Positions 44,383 through 54,116 of a stretch of DNA of 64,000 nucleotides are shown in pieces. Positions within the stretch are counted from its first letter, which is position 1. Every line of letters starts with the position of its first letter. A program made the translations under genes and the position numbers. The notes beneath the pieces were generated by a model. That model did not search any database. It was not told where the DNA came from and saw only the letters and a program-made list of their open reading frames with translations. Origin of the DNA: a virus (lineage: Duplodnaviria; Caudoviricetes); IMG/VR virus record IMGVR_UViG_2767802019_000001, positions 7,528-71,527 of that record; one strand, 5' to 3'.

Positions 44383-44658
44383 ATGACGGTCCGCGAGCTG
44401 CTCGCCCGGATCGACTCCCGCGAGCTGGCCGAGTGGGCGGCGTACGAGCGCTATGCGGGTCCGGTCGATGACAGCTATCTGGCCGGCGTCCTGGCCGCGC
44501 TGCATGAGCAGGTGCAGACGCTGAACCGCATGCAGGGTGCCGCGCACTTCACGGACCGCAAGCACCGCAAGAACCCGGCTCCGGAGCCTAAGCGCTACCC
44601 AAGGCCGCACGAGCTGTACCGGCATGACGACTCCTCTGACGAGGAGGACGGCAACTAA
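44383..44658 (+). CDS. Tail assembly chaperone C-terminal (-1 frame) extension
   Basis: -1 frame open upstream (RALYFRLALALG-MTVRELLARIDSRELAEW). Confidence 0.75.
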   Translation: MTVRELLARIDSRELAEWAAYERYAGPVDDSYLAGVLAALHEQVQTLNRMQGAAHFTDRKHRKNPAPEPKRYPRPHELYRHDDSSDEEDGN

Positions 44659-44680
44659 ATAGCGAGGGTGGTGCACGGTC

Positions 44681-47600
44681 TTGGCCACCATCACTTCGCT
44701 GGCGTTCACGGTCACGTCGACCTACAGCGGCGCCGGTCTTCGCCGCGCCCGCCGGGATATCAGCGATTTCGACAACGGCCTGCGCGCCATGGACAAGGCC
44801 GCGTCGAATATCGGCAAGCAGCTGACGTCCGTCACGAACGCCGCGCTGGCCTTCGCCCCCGCCCTCGTTCCCATCGCGGTTGCGGCTACGGGGGTGGCGG
44901 GCGGGCTCGCCGCGGCCGGCGCAGCAGCGGGCCTTGCTGCGGGCGTTTTCGGAGGTGCTCTCTTCGGCGCCATCAAGGCGACGAACGGCGCTACCAAGAG
45001 TGCGAGAGATGCCCTCGAAAAGCAGAAGGAGACTCTTGCCGGTCTGACACCGGGCACGAAGGCGTACGAGGAGCAGCTCAAGAAGGTCAACGAGGCGAAG
45101 AAGAACCTCAAGACCATCATCGACGGGCTGACGCCGGTACAGCAGAAGTACGTAAAAGCCACCTCGGACATGAAGGGCGCCTGGGGCGAGTTCATCAAGG
45201 CGACCGAGAAGGACACGCTCACTCCCGTCTCGATTGTCATGGGCGCCCTCGCGCGCAACTTCGAGAAGTTCACGCCGCTGGTCAAGGCTGTCAGCCCTGT
45301 CATCACGAGGCTCGCCAAGGACTTCGCGGCATGGATGGACGGCCCGGGGCTCGACCAGTTCATCGACATCATGGTGGCGCAGGGTGTTCCGGCCCTGGAG
45401 AACTTCATCAAGTCTGCCCAGCGAATGCTGGGCGTTCTCGGCCAGGGCTTCCGCGATTTTCTCCCGTACGGGAACCGGCTTTTCGAGTCGATAGCCGCAG
45501 GTGCAAAAAGCGCCAATTCGTGGGGTGAGGGTGGGGGCTTCACGCGTTTCCTCGACAAGGTGCATTCTGTCGCGCCGGACGTCAGGGAATTCTTTTCGGC
45601 GCTGGTGACGGCTCTTGGGAATATCGCGAAGGCGGCTGCCGATCTCAGCGGCGATTCCTTCAGTGTCCTCACGGTGCTGCTCAAAGTGCTGGGTTCGCTG
45701 CCGCCTGAGCTGTTGGCCAATCTTGTGCGGGCTTGGCTCGCATGGAATGCGGCCCTACTCGTCTACAACGTGGTGGCTGGTATTGCTGCGACAGTTACCG
45801 CGGTCCTGGCCATCGCAGCGAGCGGCATGGGCATCATCTTTCTCGGCATGGCTTTGACGATCGGTCTGGTCGTCGTTGCTCTCGCGGCCCTGGCTGTTGG
45901 AATCTACTTTCTGGTCAAGAACTGGGACACGGTACTCGCGGCGCTCAAGACGGCGTGGAACGCGACATGGAATGCCGTTAAGACTACCGCTCTGGCGGTC
46001 TGGAATTTCATCTCCCAGGGGTGGGGCCAGCTGCTGCTCGGGCTCATGGGGCCGATCGGTGTTCTTATATTTATCGCGACGCACTGGTCCGAGATCTGGG
46101 GTGGAATCAAGACGGCGGCTTTCGCTGTCTGGGGTGCGCTCCGGACGGGTTGGTCGAATTTCCTGGGCTGGCTTTCTGCTGGGTGGGGCGCTGTCTGGGG
46201 GGCTCTGACTGTAGCGTGGCAGGGTTTCATCGGTCCGTTCGTGGAAATGTGGAACACCGTCTGGCCAGAGGTGCAGCTGGCGGCGCAGAACATTTGGAAC
46301 GCGCTGAGCGCAGCCTGGGCAGTCCTTTGGGCCGGTGCCACATTTGTGTGGAGTGGATTCTGGGCTTCTTTTGGTCCGGTCTTCACGACTGCCTGGGCCA
46401 GTCTCATTGCGTCGGGAATTGCGGTATGGAACGTGTTTACCGCTGCGTGGCGGCTGGTGTGGGCTGTAATCACTTCGGTGTATCAGGTCGGCTGGGCAAT
46501 TCTGTCCGGTTCCTGGCAGGTTGGCTGGGCCTGGCTGGCCGGTGCGGCACAGACAGCCTGGTCAATCCTCATCGGATTCTGGCGGGTCGTCTGGGCCACG
46601 GTCACCGGAATATGGAACGTCTTCTACGCGACGTTCAGTGCCACATTTTCCGGAGCCTGGAATGTCATCGCCGCGATAGCCACCGGTATCTGGAACGTAA
46701 TCAAGGCAGCGTGGCAGGCACTATGGGCGGTAGTCACTGCGGTCTTCCTGGCCTTCGCCGCTGTGTTCACGGGCCGGTGGGGTGCAGCCTGGAACGCCAT
46801 CAAGGACGCCGCCTCTGCCGTATGGAATGTCCTGAGGACGGCGTGGCAGGCCCTGCTGAACGTCCTCCTCGCGGCCTTCGCTGCGTTCGCGGGTGTCTTC
46901 ACTGCCGCGTTCCGTGCGACGTGGACAGCGATTCAGAACATAGCGACTGCCGCTTGGAATGCGCTGCGTTCGTCGTTCCAGGTATTCCTTACGGCGCTTC
47001 AGAACTTGTGGAACACGGCGTGGACGGCCATCCGCAACATTTTCCAGACGATCCTCAATAATATCGTTTCCATTGCCCAAGCTGCATGGAACCTTATGCG
47101 GGCCGCAGTCCAGGCGTTCATTACGGCTGTGGCCGGAATCTGGAACACCGGCTGGACGGCCATACGGACGTTCTTCCAGACGGCGGCCAACGGTATCTCC
47201 GCCGCCGCCGGGGCGTTGTGGGACAAGCTGCGTGAGATCTTCAGTACGGGCTCCACGTGGCTCCGGAATACGTTCTGGAATCCGGTCCGTGACTTCTTCA
47301 CCAAGACGATCCCGAATGCTTTTGACTCTGCGGTGAAAGCAATCGGTAAGGCCTGGGATGCCCTGAAGAAGGTCGTCATGGCCCCCGTGCAGGCGATCGT
47401 CAACGTGGTGTACAACTCCGGAATCCGGAAGTTGTGGAATGTTGTAGCGACAAAGTTCGGGGCTTCAGAGCTGCCCGAATTTAAACTGCCCGGTTTCGCA
47501 AAGGGCGGAGAAGTGAACGGCCCGGGGTCGGGCACGTCGGACTCGATCGTCGCGCGGCTGTCCGCGGGTGAGCACGTGTGGACGGCCAAGGAGGTTGCAG

Positions 47601-48994
47601 GGGCCGGCGGCCATGAAGCCGTCGCTGCGCTGCGCAGCCAGGCAATGGGCGGCGCGAATGTGCGCACGTACTCCGACGGTGACCACCGGTTCGGTGACGG
47701 CGGCGGCATCTTCGGGACGGGGTGGGGCGGGGACTTCGGTCCCGATCTGGTTCCTGACGGCATCATCAAGAACGCCCTTGGCAAGTTGAAGGACTTGGCC
47801 CTGGGTGCGATCTCTGGCCCCTTCGGGGCGGCAGTCGACGGTGTGGCCAAGCTGGGCAAGGGGGCGGTCCGCAAGGTTGTCCCGGGCGACGGCACCGCCC
47901 TGGAGAACATGGGCGTCGGCATGATCGACGAGATGGCCAAGACCGCCAAGTCCTGGGTGTCGGACAACGACGTTGCCCCGGACACCGGGGGCGGGGGCGG
48001 ATTCATTCCGTGGGCGAAGTGGAAGTCTGGAGACGGCAACAAGCAGACGTACGGCGGGGTTGTTGTCAACCGGCGTACCGCGGCGATGCTCGGTCACGCA
48101 GCCAAGCTGGCCAAGACGAGCTTCTCAATGATGCAGGGCAGTTTCAACAACGGCGTCAAGGCGTCTGGCGGTACGCACTCCGGTGGCGGGGCGGTCGACC
48201 TCGGCCCTGCTAGGGACTCGATTGTCGGCGCTATGCGTTCGTCCGGGTTCGCGGCCTGGCGCCGCACGCCGGCTGAAGGATTTGTGCCGCACATCCATGG
48301 CATCGCCGTGGGCGACCCGACGGTGAGCAGCGCCGCCGCGCAGCAGGTCCGGGACTTCCATGCGGGAAAGAACGGACTGGCCGACGGAGGACCCGACACC
48401 TATAAGGGCGGGATCACTTCCGGCAAGTCGGTGTCTGCGGCCAAGGCAACCGGCAAGAGCCTGAATGCAGGTCGCGGCTGGTCGTCTCACTGGTCTGCTC
48501 TGGAAGCCCTGTGGAATCGCGAATCAGGCTGGCGCTGGAATGCAGATAACCCCAGCTCAGACGCGTACGGCATTCCCCAAAGTTTGCCGGGATCGAAAAT
48601 GAAGAGCGCGGGTGCGGACTGGAAGACAAATCCCGCAACGCAGATCAAGTGGGGTTTGGGATATATTAAGTCGCGTTATGGAAACCCCTCCAAGGCCAAT
48701 TCATTTCAGAAGTCGAACAACTGGTACGGCCTTGGAACTCCGGGCGCCCGCAGCGGGCCCGCGATCGTGGGCGAGCACGGTCCCGAACTGGTCGGTTTCC
48801 GGGGCGGCGAGCGCGTCGAGTCCAATGCCGCATTGCGGGATCTGGTCGGCAACGGCGGCACGACGACCGTCGAGGTGAACGTGCCCGTCACCGTCCAGGG
48901 CAATGCGACGCCGGGCACGGTCGACAAGCTGCAACGCGAGCTGGTCCCGAAGCTGACCATGGCCATCAAGCAAGGGGTGGGGAGGCGACCGTGA
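44681..48994 (+). CDS. Tape measure protein with C-terminal peptidase-like and lytic transglycosylase domains
   Basis: 1437 aa, Trp-periodic helical repeats; SGGTHSGGGAVD..PHIH; RESGW..NPSSDAYGIPQ..QIKWGLGYIKSRYG. Confidence 0.93.
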   Translation: MATITSLAFTVTSTYSGAGLRRARRDISDFDNGLRAMDKAASNIGKQLTSVTNAALAFAPALVPIAVAATGVAGGLAAAGAAAGLAAGVFGGALFGAIKATNGATKSARDALEKQKETLAGLTPGTKAYEEQLKKVNEAKKNLKTIIDGLTPVQQKYVKATSDMKGAWGEFIKATEKDTLTPVSIVMGALARNFEKFTPLVKAVSPVITRLAKDFAAWMDGPGLDQFIDIMVAQGVPALENFIKSAQRMLGVLGQGFRDFLPYGNRLFESIAAGAKSANSWGEGGGFTRFLDKVHSVAPDVREFFSALVTALGNIAKAAADLSGDSFSVLTVLLKVLGSLPPELLANLVRAWLAWNAALLVYNVVAGIAATVTAVLAIAASGMGIIFLGMALTIGLVVVALAALAVGIYFLVKNWDTVLAALKTAWNATWNAVKTTALAVWNFISQGWGQLLLGLMGPIGVLIFIATHWSEIWGGIKTAAFAVWGALRTGWSNFLGWLSAGWGAVWGALTVAWQGFIGPFVEMWNTVWPEVQLAAQNIWNALSAAWAVLWAGATFVWSGFWASFGPVFTTAWASLIASGIAVWNVFTAAWRLVWAVITSVYQVGWAILSGSWQVGWAWLAGAAQTAWSILIGFWRVVWATVTGIWNVFYATFSATFSGAWNVIAAIATGIWNVIKAAWQALWAVVTAVFLAFAAVFTGRWGAAWNAIKDAASAVWNVLRTAWQALLNVLLAAFAAFAGVFTAAFRATWTAIQNIATAAWNALRSSFQVFLTALQNLWNTAWTAIRNIFQTILNNIVSIAQAAWNLMRAAVQAFITAVAGIWNTGWTAIRTFFQTAANGISAAAGALWDKLREIFSTGSTWLRNTFWNPVRDFFTKTIPNAFDSAVKAIGKAWDALKKVVMAPVQAIVNVVYNSGIRKLWNVVATKFGASELPEFKLPGFAKGGEVNGPGSGTSDSIVARLSAGEHVWTAKEVAGAGGHEAVAALRSQAMGGANVRTYSDGDHRFGDGGGIFGTGWGGDFGPDLVPDGIIKNALGKLKDLALGAISGPFGAAVDGVAKLGKGAVRKVVPGDGTALENMGVGMIDEMAKTAKSWVSDNDVAPDTGGGGGFIPWAKWKSGDGNKQTYGGVVVNRRTAAMLGHAAKLAKTSFSMMQGSFNNGVKASGGTHSGGGAVDLGPARDSIVGAMRSSGFAAWRRTPAEGFVPHIHGIAVGDPTVSSAAAQQVRDFHAGKNGLADGGPDTYKGGITSGKSVSAAKATGKSLNAGRGWSSHWSALEALWNRESGWRWNADNPSSDAYGIPQSLPGSKMKSAGADWKTNPATQIKWGLGYIKSRYGNPSKANSFQKSNNWYGLGTPGARSGPAIVGEHGPELVGFRGGERVESNAALRDLVGNGGTTTVEVNVPVTVQGNATPGTVDKLQRELVPKLTMAIKQGVGRRP

Positions 48995-51900
48995 CGGGCC
49001 TGTCTCACCTGTGCAACGACGATTTCCGCAACGAGGGCTGGGGCTTGGTCGGCTCGCTGGTGAGCAGGCTTTTCCACTGCTGGAACAACGATGACGACAG
49101 CAAGTACTGCTGGAACCCGCCCCACAAAGGGCGGGCCTGCGTCAGGTTCCCGGTGGACATCGGCACTGTGCCGGAAGGTGCGGTCATCACGTCCGTGACG
49201 GTCAAGGTGCGGGCACGGAAGATGGACAGCCAGAATCGCACTCTCACCATCAACGTGTCCTGCCTGGACGACACGAGCCGTTTCACCTCGCGCACCATCC
49301 CGCTGACGCAGACGATCACAGACTATGAGGTGGCGACCTACCAGCGGGACCCGCTCGGTTATCCGTGGGACATTCACCGACTGAACAAGCTGCTCTGCCA
49401 GGTCTTCAGCTACGCGGCGTCGCTGCACTGCATCCGCGTCTACAAGGTATGGGTGCAGATCAACTACCGGGTGCGGCCGACCGTCAGCGTCGAGGCGCCG
49501 ACGGGTACCGTGCTCACGCCGTCGCCGGCCATCAGCTGGACGTACGCGCAGGCCGACGGGGATCCGCAGGCGAAAGCCGAGTACCGGATCTTCACGGCAA
49601 TCCAGGCCGCTGAATCCACCTTCGCACCGAACACCACGCCACCGGTCTATGCGACCACGGTGTCCGGCGACATCACGTCACAGACGCTCCCGACATCGAT
49701 CAATCCTGACCAGTACTCCGTGTACGTGCGGGTGTACTCGTCCTACGGCGCCAAGAGCGTCTGGGTGGGCCGCGCCTTCGCGGTACAGGGTCCGAGCCCT
49801 GGCGTGCCTGGTGATGATCACACGGTGTCCGGCACGCCGGGCATCGGCGTCGTCAGCGTCGTCCCGGACAGCTACGCCTCCGCGGTAGCCCTGACGCTGC
49901 GGGACAGTTCGAACCTGCTCTCTGTCCAGTCCGCGGACTTCGAGACCCTGACGGACGCTCCCGAGTACACAATGGCGAACTGCACCGCGGCACAGGACAC
50001 CTCTGTGTACTTCGCGGGCGTCGCCTCGCTGAAGCTGACCTCGTCCAGTGCTGCGGCGATGTCCGTGCTCAGTCCCTTCGTGGAGCTGGCGCCGGGCTCG
50101 CCGGTCACCGTGCGGGCGCAGCTGCGTGCCGCGGTGACGGCCAGGGTGTGCAGTGTCCGCATCCGCTTTTACGACAACACCTTCACCGATCTCGCGGGCA
50201 CAGTTACCGGCACGGGCACCGACTCCGGTTCCACGTGGACTGAGGTCGTCGCAACCGGCACCTCTCCTGCGGCGACGGTGTACGCCAAGGTCGAAGTCGA
50301 AGTGGCGTCACCGGCGCTCGCTGAGGTTCACCACGTGGATCACGTCGGACTGATGTACGGGGCGGGCGCCCCGTGGTCTGACGGCGGGCATACGAGCCGA
50401 AACATTCTGCCCGCTTTCTCTGCGACGGGCGATGACCCGGTCGGGGACAACTGGGTCGCCGGCGCAGGCAGCACCATCTCCCGCGTGGCGGTAACGGGTG
50501 CGGGCTCCCACGGCACGCTGACGAAACGCCTGACGTACACGGGCATCACCCCGAGCCTCGGATTCCGTGCGACCGGCGCCGCCTTCACGTCGCCGACGTC
50601 CGGCACGGACTTCACGCTGAGCAAGCCGGCCGGCGTCGTGGTCGGCGACCTCATGGTCGCCTTCGTCAGCTCGAATCAATTCGGGACCATCACTCCGCCA
50701 GCAGGCTGGACGGCGGTCAACACGGCGAGCATCGACGACGGGTCCACGGACACGGCGCTCTTCATCCTGAAGCGCACCGCAGGCGGCTCCGAGCCGTCGA
50801 CCTGGACGGACGGCAGCCTGAGCGTGTCGAGCACCCGGCGCTACGCCGTGGTCGTCGCGTACTCGGGAGCAGCTGATGCTGCGGATCAGTTCATCGCTGA
50901 AGGCGTGCTGACCAGGGGGACGGGAACACCGCTCTACCTGACGTCAGCCCTGCTCAATAACACCGACGCCAACGCGTGGCGGATCAGCGCGTTCGCGGTG
51001 AGCGACAACGTGACCGGCGGCTCGGTGGTCGCCAACATCGCGCCGCCCACTTCGAGCGCCGACATCTCCTATGTCGGCAAGGGCACCGCCTGGACGACGG
51101 CCAGCAACGCGACCAGCTACGTCATCAACCGCCCGTCCGGAGTGGTGTCCGGTGACCTGATGGTCGCCACGGTCGCCATCTCGGACACAGTGATTGCGAC
51201 GCTTACGGCGCCGTCGGGATGGACGGTGGTCCGGCAGCTCACGGAGGCGGATGGCACGGCGTCGCTGCGTTTCGCAGTGCTGAAGCGGACGGCGGGCAGC
51301 AGCGAACCGAGCAGCTGGACGGGGACACTCAGCGCCACGGTCAAACCCATCGTCACGCAGGTGTCGGCCTACCGGAACGCGGACTCAGCGGCGAATCAGT
51401 TCATTGCGGAGGACGCGAGCCAGTCCGGCAGCGGCAACACCGTGGCCACGGCGACGGTCTCGAACACTGACTCGCGCGCCTGGCGGATCAGCGCCTTCGG
51501 GTCGAGCGGCGACTATTACACGGAGTGGGGCAGCACGACGGAGGTTGCGGAGCGCTCGGACAACGCGGCCGAGTACCAGATCTCCTACTGGCAGTACCGC
51601 ACGGCGACGCTGATGATGGCCGACTCCAACGGGCCGGTCGGTACTGGCTCGCACTCGCGTACCGGCTCACTGAACCGCAACTTCTACGCGGGCGCCTCAT
51701 GGGTCGGCATCATCAAGCCGCTCCCCGGTGCTCCCGCCCCGGGGGCAAACGAGACAGAGCGCAGTGACGTCACGGTGGGCAGTAGTGATCCGTGGCTGAC
51801 CACCGGGGTGTACGACTCCAACGGCGTGGTGCCGATCGGCGCGACGTCGGTGACTGCGGCGTTCACGCCGGGATCGGGCAGCGAGTTCAATTCTGCTGCG

Positions 51901-52953
51901 TCCTGGGTCGGCCTGATCAAACCGGCCGTCCCGCTGGTCGCCGGCCGCACGGTGGCGACGATGCCGGACGCGGTCGACGTCTCCGGGATCGATCCGCAGA
52001 TCATGCAGCTGGCCGACAGCAAGGTCACGTTCACCTCGGGGTTCCTCGGTTCGGCAAGCGGCACCCCGTATCTGACGCTGCACTTCTACCGGGCGAACCA
52101 GCTGATCAGCAGCCAGACGATCCAGGGCGCGAGCTTCGGTACGGCGACGTGGGCCAAGTCCTCGGGGACGTATGACATCCCGGAGGGCACGACCCGCATC
52201 AAGGGCGAGGTGTCCGTCACCGACCGCGCTGTAAGCGATCTCGTCTACTTCGACCGGGTCGGCATCATGCTCGGTCCGTCGGGGGTCTGGCGCAACGGCA
52301 CAGGCCGCAGCACGCACGCTGTCTGGCATGCCCCGGTGATCGAGTACGCAGACGATGACGGTGCGGGGTACGGGGACTGGCAGGTCCTGCCCGGTCTGGA
52401 CACGAGCCCTCCCGCCTATGACCCGCTGTCCGGCATCGCGACCTACACGGACCACACGGTGATCCCGCTTGTAAACCGCAAGTACCGGGCGCAGACCGTC
52501 AGCTTCGGCCTGGCGGGGGACCGGTTCGTGTCCGGCTTCGGGCCACCGTCGGATGAGGTGTCGCTGACGGCGCTGAACTGGTGGCTGAAGGACATCACCG
52601 ACCCCGATGCCAAGGTCGCTCTGAGGGTGAAAGCGGAGCCTCTCCAGGTGGGGACGACCGGCACGAGTGTCATGTACCAACCGCTCGGAGAGGACCGTCC
52701 GGTGGTCCTGTCGGAAGGCTTCAAGGGAGATGCGATCGAGCTGACGCTGATCCTCAAGCGGGAGGAGTACGCCCCGCTGCGGGCGCTGCTCCGTTCGGGC
52801 CGCACGCTCTTCCTCCAGACGAATGTCGATCATGCGTGGTGGGTGCGCCCGGTCGGCGACATCCAGGCGGAAGTCCAGGTGAGCGGGCAGCGCTTCGTCG
52901 ATCCGCTGCGCTTCGTCAAGTTGACCTTCGTGGAAGTCGCGCCACCCGAGTAG
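48991..52953 (+). CDS. Baseplate/distal tail protein with inserted Ig-like, carbohydrate-binding-like and repeated beta domains
   Basis: Follows TMP; two PxGVVxGDLMVA domains; CBM-like segments. Confidence 0.75.
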   Translation: MTGLSHLCNDDFRNEGWGLVGSLVSRLFHCWNNDDDSKYCWNPPHKGRACVRFPVDIGTVPEGAVITSVTVKVRARKMDSQNRTLTINVSCLDDTSRFTSRTIPLTQTITDYEVATYQRDPLGYPWDIHRLNKLLCQVFSYAASLHCIRVYKVWVQINYRVRPTVSVEAPTGTVLTPSPAISWTYAQADGDPQAKAEYRIFTAIQAAESTFAPNTTPPVYATTVSGDITSQTLPTSINPDQYSVYVRVYSSYGAKSVWVGRAFAVQGPSPGVPGDDHTVSGTPGIGVVSVVPDSYASAVALTLRDSSNLLSVQSADFETLTDAPEYTMANCTAAQDTSVYFAGVASLKLTSSSAAAMSVLSPFVELAPGSPVTVRAQLRAAVTARVCSVRIRFYDNTFTDLAGTVTGTGTDSGSTWTEVVATGTSPAATVYAKVEVEVASPALAEVHHVDHVGLMYGAGAPWSDGGHTSRNILPAFSATGDDPVGDNWVAGAGSTISRVAVTGAGSHGTLTKRLTYTGITPSLGFRATGAAFTSPTSGTDFTLSKPAGVVVGDLMVAFVSSNQFGTITPPAGWTAVNTASIDDGSTDTALFILKRTAGGSEPSTWTDGSLSVSSTRRYAVVVAYSGAADAADQFIAEGVLTRGTGTPLYLTSALLNNTDANAWRISAFAVSDNVTGGSVVANIAPPTSSADISYVGKGTAWTTASNATSYVINRPSGVVSGDLMVATVAISDTVIATLTAPSGWTVVRQLTEADGTASLRFAVLKRTAGSSEPSSWTGTLSATVKPIVTQVSAYRNADSAANQFIAEDASQSGSGNTVATATVSNTDSRAWRISAFGSSGDYYTEWGSTTEVAERSDNAAEYQISYWQYRTATLMMADSNGPVGTGSHSRTGSLNRNFYAGASWVGIIKPLPGAPAPGANETERSDVTVGSSDPWLTTGVYDSNGVVPIGATSVTAAFTPGSGSEFNSAASWVGLIKPAVPLVAGRTVATMPDAVDVSGIDPQIMQLADSKVTFTSGFLGSASGTPYLTLHFYRANQLISSQTIQGASFGTATWAKSSGTYDIPEGTTRIKGEVSVTDRAVSDLVYFDRVGIMLGPSGVWRNGTGRSTHAVWHAPVIEYADDDGAGYGDWQVLPGLDTSPPAYDPLSGIATYTDHTVIPLVNRKYRAQTVSFGLAGDRFVSGFGPPSDEVSLTALNWWLKDITDPDAKVALRVKAEPLQVGTTGTSVMYQPLGEDRPVVLSEGFKGDAIELTLILKREEYAPLRALLRSGRTLFLQTNVDHAWWVRPVGDIQAEVQVSGQRFVDPLRFVKLTFVEVAPPE

Positions 52954-52970
52954 CGAAAGGGGGCGGGACG

Positions 52971-54116
52971 GTGGTTCAGCGTGCGTCGGCCCGCCTGCTC
53001 TCCGAGATCCGCCGGTCCCACCAGGTCTACAGCTACGTGGACGTGATCTCTCCGACGCAGGAGCGGACTCGCCTCCCCGCGACGGGCGGCGACGTCTCCT
53101 GCGACCGCACGGCCGCGATCCGGCGGACCTGCAAGGCCACCTGCGTAGATCCTCTGGGCACCCTGGTCCCCAGCGGCACAACCTCTCTGCTGACCCCGTA
53201 CGGCACCGAGCTGCGCCCGTACCGGGGTGTGCGGTACGCCCCCACTCCGGAGCATCCCAAAGGCGAGATCGAAGTGCTGCCCCTGGGCGTGTTCCGGCTG
53301 GCCAAGGTGTCGATCCAGGAACAGACGGGCGGGTCTCCCGACATCCAGCTGGAGGCCTATGACCTGAGCCGCACGGTGGCGAGGGACAAGTTCATCAGCC
53401 CGTACGTCATCGAGACGGGCACGAACATCATCGACGCGATCAAGAGCATCCTCGCGCGGACCTTCGACGACCTCAGCTATGACGCGATCAGCACGACCAG
53501 GGCGACAACGGCGCCGCGCCTGTACGACGTCGGCGATGACCCGTGGGACGCGGTCACCGTCCTCGCGCAGTCCCTCGGCTGCGACATCTATTTCGACGTC
53601 GAAGGCTGGGTGGTGATCGCGCCGCCGCCGGATATCGACGCTCTGCCCAGTCCCGACTTTCAGTACATCGAGGGCGAGCGGTGCACGATGCTCGACCTTT
53701 CCCGCGTACTGACGGACGAGCCGGGCTTCAACGGGATCGTCCTGACGGGGGAGTCGCCGGGGGATGAGCTGCCCGCGGTGAGGGCGGTCGCCTGGGACGA
53801 AGAGCCCACGTCGGCGACGTATCACCTGGGTCCGTACGGACAGGTCCCCCAGTTCATCACCGACCAGTTGATCAAGACTGCCGAGGAGGCGCAGGCCACC
53901 GCCGACCAGCTGCTCCGTAATTTGCTCGGCTTCTCCTCACAGCTCTCGATCAGCGGCATCGTCAATCCCGGCTTCGAGGCCGGCGCGGTGGTCGAGGTGG
54001 TGCGGGAGCGGGCGCACGTCAGCGGCCTGTACGCCGTCGACAGCTTCAACATCCCGCTGGACGCCAAGGGCACTCAGAATTTGACGCTCAGACAGAAGCG
54101 GCAGGGGGGCGGATGA
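52971..54116 (+). CDS. Minor tail/baseplate hub protein (DUF5047-like)
   Basis: GGDVSCDRTAAIRR..LTPYGTEL..LPLGVF..DPWDAV..LA. Confidence 0.75.
   Translation: MVQRASARLLSEIRRSHQVYSYVDVISPTQERTRLPATGGDVSCDRTAAIRRTCKATCVDPLGTLVPSGTTSLLTPYGTELRPYRGVRYAPTPEHPKGEIEVLPLGVFRLAKVSIQEQTGGSPDIQLEAYDLSRTVARDKFISPYVIETGTNIIDAIKSILARTFDDLSYDAISTTRATTAPRLYDVGDDPWDAVTVLAQSLGCDIYFDVEGWVVIAPPPDIDALPSPDFQYIEGERCTMLDLSRVLTDEPGFNGIVLTGESPGDELPAVRAVAWDEEPTSATYHLGPYGQVPQFITDQLIKTAEEAQATADQLLRNLLGFSSQLSISGIVNPGFEAGAVVEVVRERAHVSGLYAVDSFNIPLDAKGTQNLTLRQKRQGGG

Noticed and set aside
45900-47300. Lower-GC, Trp-rich segment as foreign insertion or membrane transporter
   Set aside because: Periodic W/F helical repeats are normal tape-measure structure and remain in frame
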